Shown: positions 50,390 through 62,374, counted from the whole stretch's first letter. The stretch is DNA of 63,843 nucleotides, filler included, from Octopus bimaculoides (GCF_001194135.2; 9 parts of 8 records of this genome joined end to end with filler, not necessarily neighbours in it); one strand, 5' to 3'. Numbers and translations: made by a program. Notes: generated by a model not told the origin, from the letters alone.

Positions 50390-50945
50390 TCATCATCATC
50401 GTTTAAAGTCCGCTTTCCATGCTAGCATGGGTTGGACGATTTGACTGAAGACTGGCGAACCAGATGGCTGCACCAGGCTCCAATCTGATCTGGAAGAGTT
50501 TCTACAGTTGGATGCCCTTCCTAACGCCAACCACTCCATAAGTGTAGTGGGTGATTTTACGTGCTACTGGCACGAGGGCCAATCAGACAGTACTGGCAAT
50601 GACCACGCTCAAATAGTGTTTTTTACATGCCACGTGCACAGGAGCCAGTCCATCAGCACTGCCAATGACCTAGCTCGAATGTTTTTTCACATGCCAGTAA
50701 GGCGACACTGGTAACGATCACGCTCAAGTGGTGCTTTTTACATGCCACCGGTACGGAAGCAAGTCAGATGCTCTAGCAACAATCATGCTCAGATGGTGCT
50801 CTTAGCGCTCCACAGCCAGTCATTGAATTTGATTCGATTTCGATTTCTCTTGCCTCAACAGGTCTTCACAAGCAGAGTTTAGTGTCCAATTAAAGAAAGG
50901 TACGCATAAGTGGGCTGGTTACACCCCTGGCATAGGGCTTATGGT
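50390..50945 (-). mobile_element. Family D retroposon, long copy with internal repeated modules
   Basis: (CAT)n tail at 50390; GGATGCCCTTCCTAACGCCAACC; repeated ACTGGCAATGACCACGCTC...TTTTACATGCCA modules in 50570-50810. Confidence 0.85.
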
Positions 50946-50989
50946 CTCACTTGCCTTGCCGTGTCTTCTAATGCACTGCATATTTCGTG

Positions 50990-51345
50990 ATGTCGTAGGA
51001 AAGAAATGTGTCCACATGGATAATGGTTCATTTGCACTAAATGAGGCTGCAAAGAGAGAGGTCTGGAGATGCCACTATGAAAGGTTGCTCAATAAAGATA
51101 ATGAATGGGAGAAAGAGAGTCTGCCGAATGTCGACGCAACAGAGAGACCAGCTATCCAAATTGATAGTACCTTGGTAGATAAAGCAGAGTATGAAGACAG
51201 GGAAAACCCTCAGCCCATCAGGAATCACCGCAGAGATGCTCATAATACCTGGCGGTGTTGGCTATAGCCTAGTCACCCGTAGAGTTAGCTAGGTGATACA
51301 CGAAGGAGTCATACCCAATGACTGGTGTAGCAGCACCATAGTTGA
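50990..51345 (+). pseudogene. RTE-clade LINE fragment (linker and RT N-terminus)
   Basis: EAAKREVWRCHYERLLNKDNEW...AIQIDSTLVDKA, then KTGK..SPSGITAEML after a frameshift. Confidence 0.75.
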
Positions 51346-53010
51346 ATTGTTGGGAATGTTTTTAACTTGGGTCTTATAGTATGCTTGTATATATGTGAGA
51401 GTATAGTTTCACTTTAATAGTTTCAGTATGAAATTGAAAGTATTAAAGTTGGCGTTAGGAAGGGCATCCAGCTGTAGAAACTCTGCCAAATCAGACTGGA
51501 GCCTGGTGTTGCCATCCGGTTTCACCAGTCCTCAGTCAAATCGTCCAACCCATGCTAGCATGGAAAGCGGACGTTAAACGATGATGATGATGATGATAAA
51601 GTGAAAGTATTTGAAATTACAGTAGCAACATCTTATTGTTTTACTTTTGACATGTAATACTGAAATAGCGGAATAGTTTCAGTGTTAAAGTGAAAGTATC
51701 TGACATTACAATAAAGTGATGTTATTGTTTCACTTTTGACACGTAATAGTGAAATAGTGGAGGAGATATGATATTGCTGTGGGCTCAAACTATGCAAGAA
51801 GTTAAAAATTGTTTTGGCCTAAGACACTACATGGACCCTAAGTAAGGCATGTGTTAATTTGGAATGAAATTGGTTGTGTAGTTCCGGAATTTTAGGGATT
51901 CACACAGACACACATTCTCATCTTTATATATGTGATATTTATGCGCATATTCGAAAATTCTAGTGTTATGGACCCTGTAAAAAGGATTTTGCTCCTGAAA
52001 AATGGATCTCTTGGAGCTGAAAAATGTGGGATTTAAGGCCCCAATTGGGGTTGGGTGTGTTAATGTCAACCAAAGAAGTTGAATTGTTGGGAATGTTTTT
52101 AACTTGGGTCTAATATGTATTGTTTGAATTTCACAATTTATGCACCACATAGCAGAAATCACAATGTAAGTATATCTGAAAGGATAGTCTTACACTGTTG
52201 TACCGTTGAATTACAAATAATGCTCATCTGTTATGTTCGGGTGACTGTATAGGTTCCAATAGCACAACTGTATTCATCTTTGCTTAGGAAAAATGACTAA
52301 ATTGTGGGTGTGAAGTCCCCATGAAGGGGTCTTTGTAACTTCTAAGAAGAAATTTTAGAAATATTACTTTATTTGTGTGTAATATGTATGGTTAAAATTT
52401 CATCAACATCAAAAATATATGAATTTTCATGAGGGTTATGGCCATTATGCATAGAATATGATTTCCAAATTTCATAAAGATCCATTCAGTACTTTTGACG
52501 TAGTTTTGGATAAAAAAACAAATGAGTAATGTGTGTTTGTGGGTGTATATATGTATAGATATCTGTATGTGTACATCTTACATGTACATCTATATATATA
52601 TACATCTACACATGTATACATATACATNNNNNNNNNNNNNNNNNNNNNNNNNNNNNNNNNNNNNNNNNNNNNNNNNNNNNNNNNNNNNNNNNNNNNNNNN
52701 NNNNNNNNNNNNNNNNNNNNNNNNNNNTCAGTATGAAAATGAAACCATTAATGTGAAAGTATCTGTCATTACAGTATCGAAATGTGATTGTTTCAGTTTC
52801 GATACTGAAATAGTGAAAAAGTTTCATTTTTAAAGTGAAAGTATTTGACATGAGTAATTTTGTTTCACATTTGACACTTAATACTTAAATAGTGAAGCAG
52901 ATATTATGTTGCTGTGGGCTTGAACTATGCAAGAAGTTAAAAAATTTTTTTGACTAAAACACAACAGGGACCCTAAGTAAGGCATGTGTAAAATTTGAAT
53001 GATAAAATTA
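51342..53010. repeat. Two diverged copies of an AT-rich, possibly Helitron-derived repeat
   Basis: 51342-51385 matches 52078-52120; 51600-51860 matches 52750-52990 (GCTGTGGGCT..AACTATGCAAGAAGTTAAAAA...GACCCTAAGTAAGGCATGTGT). Confidence 0.65.
51448..51597 (+). mobile_element. Family D retroposon 3' fragment
   Basis: GTTGGCGTTAGGAAGGGCATCCAGCTG...GCGGACGTTAAACG(ATG)n. Confidence 0.9.
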
Positions 53011-53049
53011 GATATATATATATATATATAAATGTATAATATATATAAT

Positions 53050-53237
53050 ACTCTCTTTTACTCTTTTACTTGTTTCAGTCATTTGACTGTGGCCATGCTG
53101 GAGCACCGCCTTTAGTCAAGCATATCCACCCCAGGACTTATTCTTTGTAAGCCTGGTACTTATTCTATTGGTCTCTTTTTTCGAACTGCTAAGTTACAGG
53201 GACGTAAACACACCAGCATCGGTCGTCAAGCGATGTT
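53050..53237 (-). mobile_element. SINE family A 3' half
   Basis: TTTACTCTTTTACTTGTTTCAGTCATTTGACTGTGGCCATGCTGGAGCACCGCC. Confidence 0.9.
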
Positions 53238-53337
53238 NNNNNNNNNNNNNNNNNNNNNNNNNNNNNNNNNNNNNNNNNNNNTTAATTAATTAANNNNNNN
53301 NNNNNNNNNNNNNNNNNNNNNNNNNNNNNNNNNNNNN

Positions 53338-53402
53338 ATGAAATGCTGCTAAGCATTTTGCCCAGTTTGCTAATGATTCTGTCAGCTCGCCACCTTAAAT
53401 CT

Positions 53403-53434
<32 letters not shown>

Positions 53435-53535
53435 TCTTTCAACCACAGACAAGGCCTGAAATTTTAAGGGAGGGGACCAGTTAATTTCACTGACCCCAAT
53501 GCTCAATTGGTTTGTATTTTATTGATCCTGAAAGG
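53338..53535 (-). mobile_element. SINE family B fragments either side of (AAT)n
   Basis: GAAATGCTGCTAAGCATTTTGCCCAG...CAGCTCGCCACCTT, and ACAAGGCCTGAAATTTT...GAAAGGATG. Confidence 0.8.
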
Positions 53536-53997
53536 ATGTCACTTCTCTAGCGGTTGCAATAATTATTACAAAAGAGAATAATTTCTTCGTAATATTTGGT
53601 GGAATAAGAAATTTGAATTTGAAATTAAGGAATTATAAGGAAAAAGAATCCTAGAATTTACATATTTATTAATATTTTTTTTTTTGGCGGGGGTTACTTG
53701 TTACTAAAGTTTTAAAATCTCTATCCTTATTGACAAATTTAGGTATTCATTGACAGAGAGACAGATCAGTTAGACAAAAAAAGCATACATATACAGTCAA
53801 TTGACTGAATCATTAGAGTAACAGAAAAAAATACCTTCTGGTAGTTGTATGAACCCTTTACAATCTGTGTTGAAAACCCATTGAAATCAACTTTGCCTTC
53901 TATCCTTCAGGGGTCAATGAAATAAAGTATCAGTCATTGATGTTGATATAATTGGCTGACCCCACTCCTAAATTTCTGGTTTTGCAACAACGTCAAA

Positions 53998-54595
53998 TGT
54001 CATTGGCTGTGTGATTAAGAAACTCACTTTGCAACCAAATGGCTTCAGGTTCAGTCCCACTGTGTGACACCTTGGGTGTCATCTACTGTATTCCTAGAAT
54101 TACCAGTTCTTTGTGAGTGGATTTGGTAGATGGAAACTGCATGGAATCCCATTGTATGTGAGTGTGTGTGTGNNNNNNNNNNNNNNNNNNNNNNNNNNNN
54201 NNNNNNNNNNNNNNNNNNNNNNNNNNNNNNNNNNNNNNNNNNNNNNNNNNNNNNNNNNNNNNNNNNNNNNNNNNNNNNNNNNNNNNNNNNNNNNNNNNNN
54301 NNNNNNNNNNNNNNNNNNNNNNNNNNNNNNNNNNNNNNNNNNNNNNNNNNNNNNNNNNGTGTGTGTGTGTGTGTCCTTGTGTTTGTGGTTTGTCACCTTA
54401 CTCCCTGTCACCACTTGACAACCAGTGTTGGTCTGTTTGTGTTCCTGTAGCTAACAGTTTGGCAAGAAGTGACCAAGAGAATAAACATCAGTCTTTAAAA
54501 TTAACATAAGCACTGGGGTTGATTTATTTAACTAAAACCCTTTAAAGTGGTGCTCCGTCAAGGCCACAGTCCAATGACTGAAACAAAGAGATAGA
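53998..54595 (+). mobile_element. SINE family A, full length with gap
   Basis: Head TGGCTGTGTGATTAAG...GGTTCAGTCCCACTGTGTGACACCTTGGG; tail CAATGACTGAAACAAAGAGATA. Confidence 0.85.
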
Positions 54596-55640
54596 AAGTA
54601 AAACACAGCTTGCACTGCAGGACATTACTCTCATGAGGGGTCAATTGGGGAGTACAATGATTAGGTGCCTTCCAACATTGTCACTGTCTCCAGCAGTGCC
54701 AAGGTATGTTAATGGTATCAAGGAATGTTCTGGGTTTTTTTTTGCCTATACTGTTCTCATACATCCCTTCTCTCTTTTCCTTGTTATTCATACAACCACC
54801 ACATCAGACTGGGTACAGCTCGAACTACTCTGACCATGGAGCAACTATGTTGTTTGACTACTTACCAAGTATTTGTTCTTTGGTCTTAGCTTACACACAC
54901 AAATACGCACTCACTCTCTTCTTCTCTCTTTCTCTTATACATACACACTCACTCTCTTGTCTTTCTCTCTCTCTCTCATGCACACTTGCTCTTTTTTCCT
55001 TGTCTCTCTCATACACACATGCACACATGCATATTTGTCGTTGTATTATTTTCATTCTTTTGGATGCTGATTTATAAATTTCCCAAAACATTAAGATTAT
55101 TAATTTTGTTTTATTTCGGGAAACATTAATAAACACACACTAGTTCTATTTCTCTTTTTTCAATTATTATTATTATTATTATTGAACTAATAAATTATTT
55201 AATCTATCAACTAATCAATTGTTTAATTAATTTTTCGGTCAGCCAATCAATCAGCTAGGTTCGTCAGAGTCCTTTGTTTGTCATTTGCAATGTCATTAAT
55301 GACACTGCCTCTCCATTCCTGGTCTGCTTGATGATCTTAACTTATTGATTTACCATGTAATTAATCAAATGATTAAGAGGTTAATTGGTTAAATACTTAA
55401 CTAGTTGACTAATAATAATAAAAAGATGTGAAATAGAATCAGTGCATGTGTTTATTATTGGCATAATGATCCTCCCAAGATACAACAAAATCTTTTTCAA
55501 CACATAAGTTCACACCAAAAAATTTGCAATCCAATGAAATAAGTTTTCAAAGTTGAAACGATATTTGACTTTATTCCAACTGCATGGAATGCAAATATTT
55601 AGAATACCAAGAGGTAATATTTATCCCCACTAAAACGTGG

Positions 55641-56106
55641 ATGTTCTTTTAGAATGAACTAACTGGTGGTAATTACCACAAGGGAAATTATCATATTGGC
55701 TTTTGTTGCAAACTACACTCTTGTTTATATCACTAGCAGGGAGATAAATCCTCATTACCTCCAGGACTGAGACCACCAGATCACGTGATTTCAACCTTGT
55801 TTGGTCTTGTCAATGATGAATGCTCAACTGCTAGAGATAGCAGCAACCCCTGCACCTGTTCTGGCACTGTTATTCTATGTATCACTGGTGGGGAGACGAA
55901 TTGTTGCTGCCTCTAGTGATAGAGCGTTCATCATTGACAAGACCATGGAAGATTGAAATCTTGTGATCTGGAGGACTTGGTGCTGGAGGTGGCAGAGATT
56001 TATCTCCCCACTAGCGATATAAACAAGAGTGCATTTTTCACTAAAAGCCAATATGAGAATTTTTCCCACAGTATGTACCGCAGTATTGTTTGTTCTGACA
56101 GAACAT
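55641..56106. repeat. Long imperfect inverted repeat: ~205-bp arms, 54-bp spacer
   Basis: 55641-55846 matches the reverse complement of 55901-56106. Exact blocks include CATATTGGCTTTT, CACTCTTGTTTATATC, GGGAGATAAATC, TGGTCTTGTCAATGATGAA. Confidence 0.92.
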
Positions 56107-56803
56107 ACATTATCTGCTTCCCCACTGGCTAAATAAACCTGTNNNNNNNNNNNNNNNNNNNNNNNNNNNNNNNNNNNNNNNNNNNNNNNNNNNNNNNNNN
56201 NNNNNNNNNNNNNNNNNNNNNNNNNNNNNNNNNNNNNNNNNNNNNNNNNNNNNNNNNNNNNNNNNNNTATATATATATATATATATATATAGTAATAAAC
56301 TGTGGAAAAGAGTTCCTTCAAAGGGGTGTGTTAAACATCCAGTTCACTGGTACGTCAATTGTATACCATATAAATATGGGTATAATGCAATTACAAAGAT
56401 AGATTAAATACCCTTTTTGGTTTTTTCAATAATTGTTTATGTTATATGATATTGTTATAATATATTCGTAGTATATCATGTAATATCATAATGTAAATAA
56501 ATTAAAGAATTGTGAATAGTATCTCTCTAATTTATCTTTATGTATCATCATCATCATCATCATCGTTTAANNNNNNNNNNNNNNNNNNNNNNNNNNNNNN
56601 NNNNNNNNNNNNNNTTAATTAATTAANNNNNNNNNNNNNNNNNNNNNNNNNNNNNNNNNNNNNNNNNNNNCTTAGAAGGAAAAGTTTAATAGTGAGTTCG
56701 AAGTTTTGGTTTATATACCATTAACGCTCTGACGACTTTTAGTAAGCCAAAATTCGAGGGCACAATCAACCTCTTCCTACCTCCTAGCAAACGCACACAA
56801 ATA

Positions 56804-57022
56804 TGCCAGTACCGCCTGACTGGCCTTCGTGCGGGTGACACGTAAAAGCACCCACTACACTCTCTGAGTGGTTGGCGTTAGGAAGGGCATCCAGCTGTAG
56901 AAACTCTGCCGAATCAGATTGGAGCCTGGTGTTGCCATCCGGTTTCACCAGTCCTCAGTCAAATCGTCCAACCCATGCTAGCATGGAAAGCGGACGTTAA
57001 ACGATGATGATGATGATGATGA
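56804..57022 (+). mobile_element. Family D retroposon 3' part
   Basis: Nearly identical to 42950-43160 and 51448-51597. Confidence 0.92.
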
Positions 57023-58404
57023 TACACACACACGCTTATAATTACGTAGTACTTAATAAAACGAGTAGTTTTTCAAAACTTTCCCTTTGTGTTTCATTTT
57101 GTTTTTGAGTTATTTCATCCTCTTTATTACTGCTCACACTCCACAATTATTTTCAACGACTTACTCATGTGCTTTATTAGTTTTTTTCTGTTTCACTCAA
57201 TTTCTGTGTACATTTTCCCCACGTTTTCCTCTTAATCAAATCTACTTTGATCGCCTTTTCATATTTCCTATTGTCCTCATCAAACACTTCCATACGCATA
57301 GATTTATTTCTTCCACGTTTACTCACTCTAATTTCCTTTCTCTTTCTCTATAATTTTTTAATATTTACTCTCTGTCTATACCTTTGTTACTTTATCACTT
57401 TAAATCGTTCTCTTTAAGTATTATAAAGCTCTCAAATCTTTCCACCTTTTCTCTCTTACGCCATCACTTCCTTTGTCACTCTTGTTTCATCTCTTACAGT
57501 ATTTTACTGTTAGCTGGCATTACTGTTATATCACAAACCTCTGACTGCTGTTTATTTCCCCTCTCTTTCCTCTGTTAATATTCCACCTATTTATTTATTA
57601 ATGTAACCTACTTTATAATACTCTCCTTCTTTGTTTCATTTCTTTCAGCACAACCACTGATTTCTCTTTCTAACGTGGGAGTATGACAGAACACAGGAAA
57701 AACAAAAAGAAATTGAAAATCTAAAAAAATACAAAAGCAAAAAGATTTGCGTGTGATTTGGTGTTTTAGATATTAAGGGTGATAATTACTTAGTACGGTA
57801 CAAGAGTGCATATTTTCAGAAATCACGTTAATTCGCTAAACTATAATTCGCTAAGCTGGTTATCCAAATCTACTACGTAAAACTTTTAGATAATATTGAT
57901 TTTTGGAACTGGCAAAGAGCCATGCATTTGAGGACACGGTATATATTACTCGATACTATATTGCTGGGGCTTTATTTGATTGACTAGAAAAGGTTGAAAG
58001 ACGAAGTTGGCATTGGTGATATTTGTTCTCAGAATGTAAAGAGGAAATAATTAATACCGCAAGTCATTTTGTCCAACACTCAAACGATTCCACAAATCTA
58101 TCGCTCGGCTCGATAATATTAATAGATTCTTTTGCGTTCAAACTGATCTGACTCATAGGATCAAATCTAGAATGCAAAGGAAATAGGTATTGGTCAGCAA
58201 CAATAAATCTCTAGGTGAGTTTATAGAAGAGTTGATCTTTAAAGCCATGACCGTAAGAAATGAAAAAAACCCAACCATTTTTCTCTAATGGACCCTTCAG
58301 GTAGAAAGAAAGTTATGCTGTTGCTTGGATTGTGAGCAATCTACATATATCTGTGAAATACCGTTATTATCTTTACTGTACACGTTTTATTTTCGTTTTA
58401 ATAT

Positions 58405-58612
58405 CCTTTCTACTAAAGGCACAAGGCCTGAAATTTTGGGAGAGAGGCTAGTCGATTATATCAACCCCAGTATTCAACTGGTACTTATTTTACCGACCCA
58501 GAAAGGATAAAAGGCAAAGTCGACCTCGGTGGGATTTGATCTTAGAACGTGTAGACGGACGAAATACCGCTAAGCATTTTGCCCGGAGTGCTAACGATTC
58601 TGTCAGCTCAGT
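58405..58612 (-). mobile_element. SINE family B
   Basis: AAAGGCAAAGTCGACCTCGGTGGGATTTGATCTTAGAACGT...GAAATACCGCTAAGCATTTTGCCCGG. Confidence 0.88.
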
Positions 58613-58664
58613 ACCTTTATTTTCGTTTTATTATCGCGGTTATTTTCATAAACTCTTGTTTATT

Positions 58665-58862
58665 TATCTTTTATCTTTCACTTGTTTTGGCTATTGGCTT
58701 GCGGCCATGCTGGTGCATTGCTTTGAAAAGTTTAGTCGAACAAATGAACCTCAGTACTTTTTTAAGCCTGTTACTTAATATATCGGTCGCTTTTTGACGA
58801 ACCGCAAACTTATGGGGTCGTAAACAAACCGACATCGGTTGTCAAGCGGTGGTGGGGTTCAA
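58665..58862 (-). mobile_element. SINE family A 3' half
   Basis: GCGGCCATGCTGG...TTAGTCGAACAAATGAACC...CATCGGTTGTCAAGCGGTGGTGGGG. Confidence 0.8.
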
Positions 58863-59927
58863 AAACAAGACTTAACAGTTCACTTCTTTTGTTCAAACTA
58901 TTACTGAGTTGTTATGTAAATATAAGCTTCCTTGAATTTCGTTCTGGTTCAGAGGAAACCACCCTGCCCCCCAAAAAACAAAGAAAAAAAAGCAACAAAA
59001 AAAACAAAACAAAATTGGTTTCGAAATGTTTAATTAATAGGTTTTATAGATATATATTTTAATATGTGTGGAAGCGTGTGTATGTGTGCTTATAAGTATG
59101 TATGCATACGTATACATGAATATATAGTTCTGTGTATATATGTGTGTACATGTGTATGTATGTGTCTGCACAGGCACATACAAAATGAATACCCATTAAT
59201 TTAAAGTATTATTTAAAAGTATTACTTTATAACATAGCTTAAACAGCAACGCAATTTCATGACTTCACTTGCATGAAGTTTAAAACGAGAACCAGAAGTG
59301 AAATCAAAAGCGTGAGCCGAAGCATCTGTTGTTACACGTGTTGTCCGCAAATGTTTTTAAACAAAAGCTAGTTGTTGTGTAACTCAATGGAAATGAGAGT
59401 AGACCATGTGCTTAGAACCTAAATATTGCTTGGAGACACAAGGCATGTTATAAAAACCTGCCTAGACCCGCGTTTCGGATGCAAGAAGCGATTAGTAACT
59501 CGTATCTTTATATATATATAATAATATAAAAATATATACATATATCCATACATATATGTACATACCTACATATATATGTATATATATATACATGCATATA
59601 TGGGTACATGACATAAAAAAAAAAAACGTTGAACACAATGAGAAACGAAAACATAAAAATGAAAACATAGAAACGTATCGATATATGCATATATCTATAT
59701 ATTACCTATATTATTATATGATCGAACGCCACGCATCCTTTTCCAAGTAGGTTAACCACGCGCTTCGTCTATTCAACTCTTTCTCTTTCCCTCCCGGCCC
59801 TTCTAAGCTTCTCTTCACTCTAGACATTCAGAGCCTCAAGAAAAAAGAAAAAAGATTATTATGATTGACCGTTGACCGAACACTATGCAATTTTTTTCTC
59901 TCCGTGTTTTTCTCCTTGTCTCCGTAT

Positions 59928-59964
59928 TCTTTCTGTTGAAGAGCGTAGCTCGAAACGTCAAAGA
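59928..59964 (+). ncRNA. Minimal type I hammerhead-like motif with CUGUUGA core, inside a ~250-bp non-coding repeat-like block (about 59800-60055)
   Basis: TCTTT-CTGTTGA-A-GAGC-GTA-GCTC-GAAA-CG-TC^AAAGA. Stem I TCTTT/AAAGA, stem II GAGC/GCTC, palindromic ACGT stem III. Confidence 0.55.
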
Positions 59965-60329
59965 CTTTCCGTATTCCCGAGCGTCATACTAATACATCCT
60001 TTTGTTATTTACACCACCTGTCCTCGTCTGTTGTTGTTTTTTCGTACATTCTCCTATCAGCGTGGAAGGTGTTTATTAGCCATTTAAAATCACAGAAAAA
60101 TCGTTAGAGTCACTACAACATTTAAATTTAATTTGCTAAAATATTTTCGTCTCTTTGAGACCTCAACCTGTTCACTGACAAAATGCAGCACGGAATTTTG
60201 GCAAATTAAATTTAAATGTTGNNNNNNNNNNNNNNNNNNNNNNNNNNNNNNNNNNNNNNNNNNNNTTAATTAATTAANNNNNNNNNNNNNNNNNNNNNNN
60301 NNNNNNNNNNNNNNNNNNNNNTGGAATTA

Positions 60330-60737
60330 AATACTACATATGTTAACAAAATTAATTAAATACAAAAAAAAGCAGATATAAACACATGAACAAATAAATA
60401 AATAAAAACAAAAACAAATGAGCATGTATTAACAGAGAATATAGATGATACAGACATTCCCCATACACACACATGCACTTACAAAAACATAGACACATTG
60501 AAGGATACGCATGCGTAGACACATACAATAGGAATACAAAATACAAAATGGCTGATAGTTAGCAAGGTGAGACACACAGAAGAAAGAAGAAAGCAAAGGA
60601 CCACTGATGAGGTCACAGAAGTGTGACGAAAGAACTCTGGCCGAAATAGGATTAATGTAATATAATGTAATATAAAGCTGAAGCAAATTAACACCAAATA
60701 TACAGTGCGTGTGTTTTGGCAAAACTGGCAATATGAC
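60330..60737 (+). mobile_element. Solo copy of the Penelope-like 3' tail (paralogue of 20398-20914)
   Basis: Colinear similarity including ATACAAAATGGC, the hammerhead block and TAAAGCTGAAGCAA..AACACCAAATATA. Confidence 0.8.
60598..60642 (+). ncRNA. Minimal type I hammerhead-like motif in the Penelope-like tail
   Basis: GGACCA-CTGATGA-G-GTCAC-AGAAGT-GTGAC-GAAA-GAAC-TC^TGGCC. Confidence 0.5.
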
Positions 60738-60949
60738 NNNNNNNNNNNNNNNNNNNNNNNNNNNNNNNNNNNNNNNNNNNNNNNNNNNNNNNNNNNNNNN
60801 NNNNNNNNNNNNNNNNNNNNNNNNNNNNNNNNNNNNNNNNNNNNNNNNNNNNNNNNNNNNNNNNNNNNNNNNNNNNNNNNNNNNNNNNNNNNNNNNNNNN
60901 NNNNNNNNNNNNNNNNNNTATATATATATATATATATATATATTGTATC

Positions 60950-61373
60950 ATTCCCTTGTTTCAGACATTAGACTGCGGCCTTGCTGAGGCACCGTTTCCA
61001 GAATTTTTAGTCGAATGAATCGACCCCAATACCAATTTTATTATTTTATTTTAATCCTGGTCTCTTTTCTATCGGAGTCTTTTACCAAACCGCTAGGTTA
61101 CGGGGATGTAAACACACCACTACTATTTGTCAAGCGGTGGCGATGGCGATGGCAATGGTGGGACAAACACAACCGCAAAGATGCACATATGTATGTATGC
61201 GTGCATGCATGCATACATACATACGCCAGGTTTCTTTCAGTTTCCGTCTGCCAAATTTACTTACAAGGCATCGGTCGGCCCGAGGCTATAGTGGTGCCAA
61301 TGTGCCACGTAGTGGAGCTCGGAACTATGTGGTTGAGGTGCAAGCTTCTTACCACACAGCAAAGTCTGCGCCT
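60950..61373 (-). mobile_element. SINE family A, full length
   Basis: Tail TTGTTTCAGACATTAGACTGCGGCC, internal ATAC repeat, head CTTCTTACCACACAGC...CTGCGCC. Confidence 0.85.
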
Positions 61374-61975
61374 AAATTAGTGGCTAGGGTTTTGCACTCA
61401 TGATTGCGAGGTCCTGGTTTCAATTGCCAGATCGGTTGGTGCGGCGTTGTGTTCTTGAGCAAAACACTTCATCTCGCATTAATCAGGCAACATCGATCTG
61501 ATGGAGGGAGCGAGATAATGTACGTCACATACATCTGATCACTTTAAACAATTCATTTGTGCAGGTCGTTCGGTATAAAAGTTGAACGCTCATACGCTGT
61601 TTGCGACGGGAGAGTCCACCATATGTATGTACGTACGTATGTATGTATGTATGTATGTATGTATGTATGTATGTATGTATGTATGTATATAGGTAGTTAG
61701 GTAGGTAGGTAGGTAGGTAACACACACACGTATGTACCTATGCATGTATATGTCTTTAACATCTTGGATACGATAATTTGCCAGAGATGATCATGGTTGG
61801 CTACGAGTTGATAGCTACGGAGTGTAAACGACAATATATGCATATATATGTGTGTGTTTATGTGCGTATATTGTATGTGTATGTGTGTGTTTTAATATTC
61901 AATAATTGGTTTTTGTCTTTGATAATTTAAGTCTTCATTTGAAAATTTCATTGAACATCTTTTCACACATTCCTC

Positions 61976-62064
<89 letters not shown>

Positions 62065-62338
62065 CTCACACACATTATATGTAATACTTTTGATCTCTGA
62101 AAAAACAATAATACTTAATCAATTGTAGATTATTTCAAAAACCTGTTAAAGCTGCGTAAAGTCTGTTTTATTGTAAAACGTAAACCAGTGTAATTCACAT
62201 GAAATATCGGTAGACCAGTAGCAAAGTTGTTAAAGCAAAATTTTAAAAAAATTTATATTATCTTTCATTAAGAGGCATTCAGATGTGACACACGCATGCA
62301 AATATGTATGTGTGTGCGTGTGTATTTATCTATCTGTG

Positions 62339-62374
<36 letters not shown>

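Noticed and set aside
59449-59490. TATAAAA followed by a GC-rich stretch as a promoter
   Set aside because: TATA-like words are ubiquitous in this AT-rich DNA and no downstream exon is supported.
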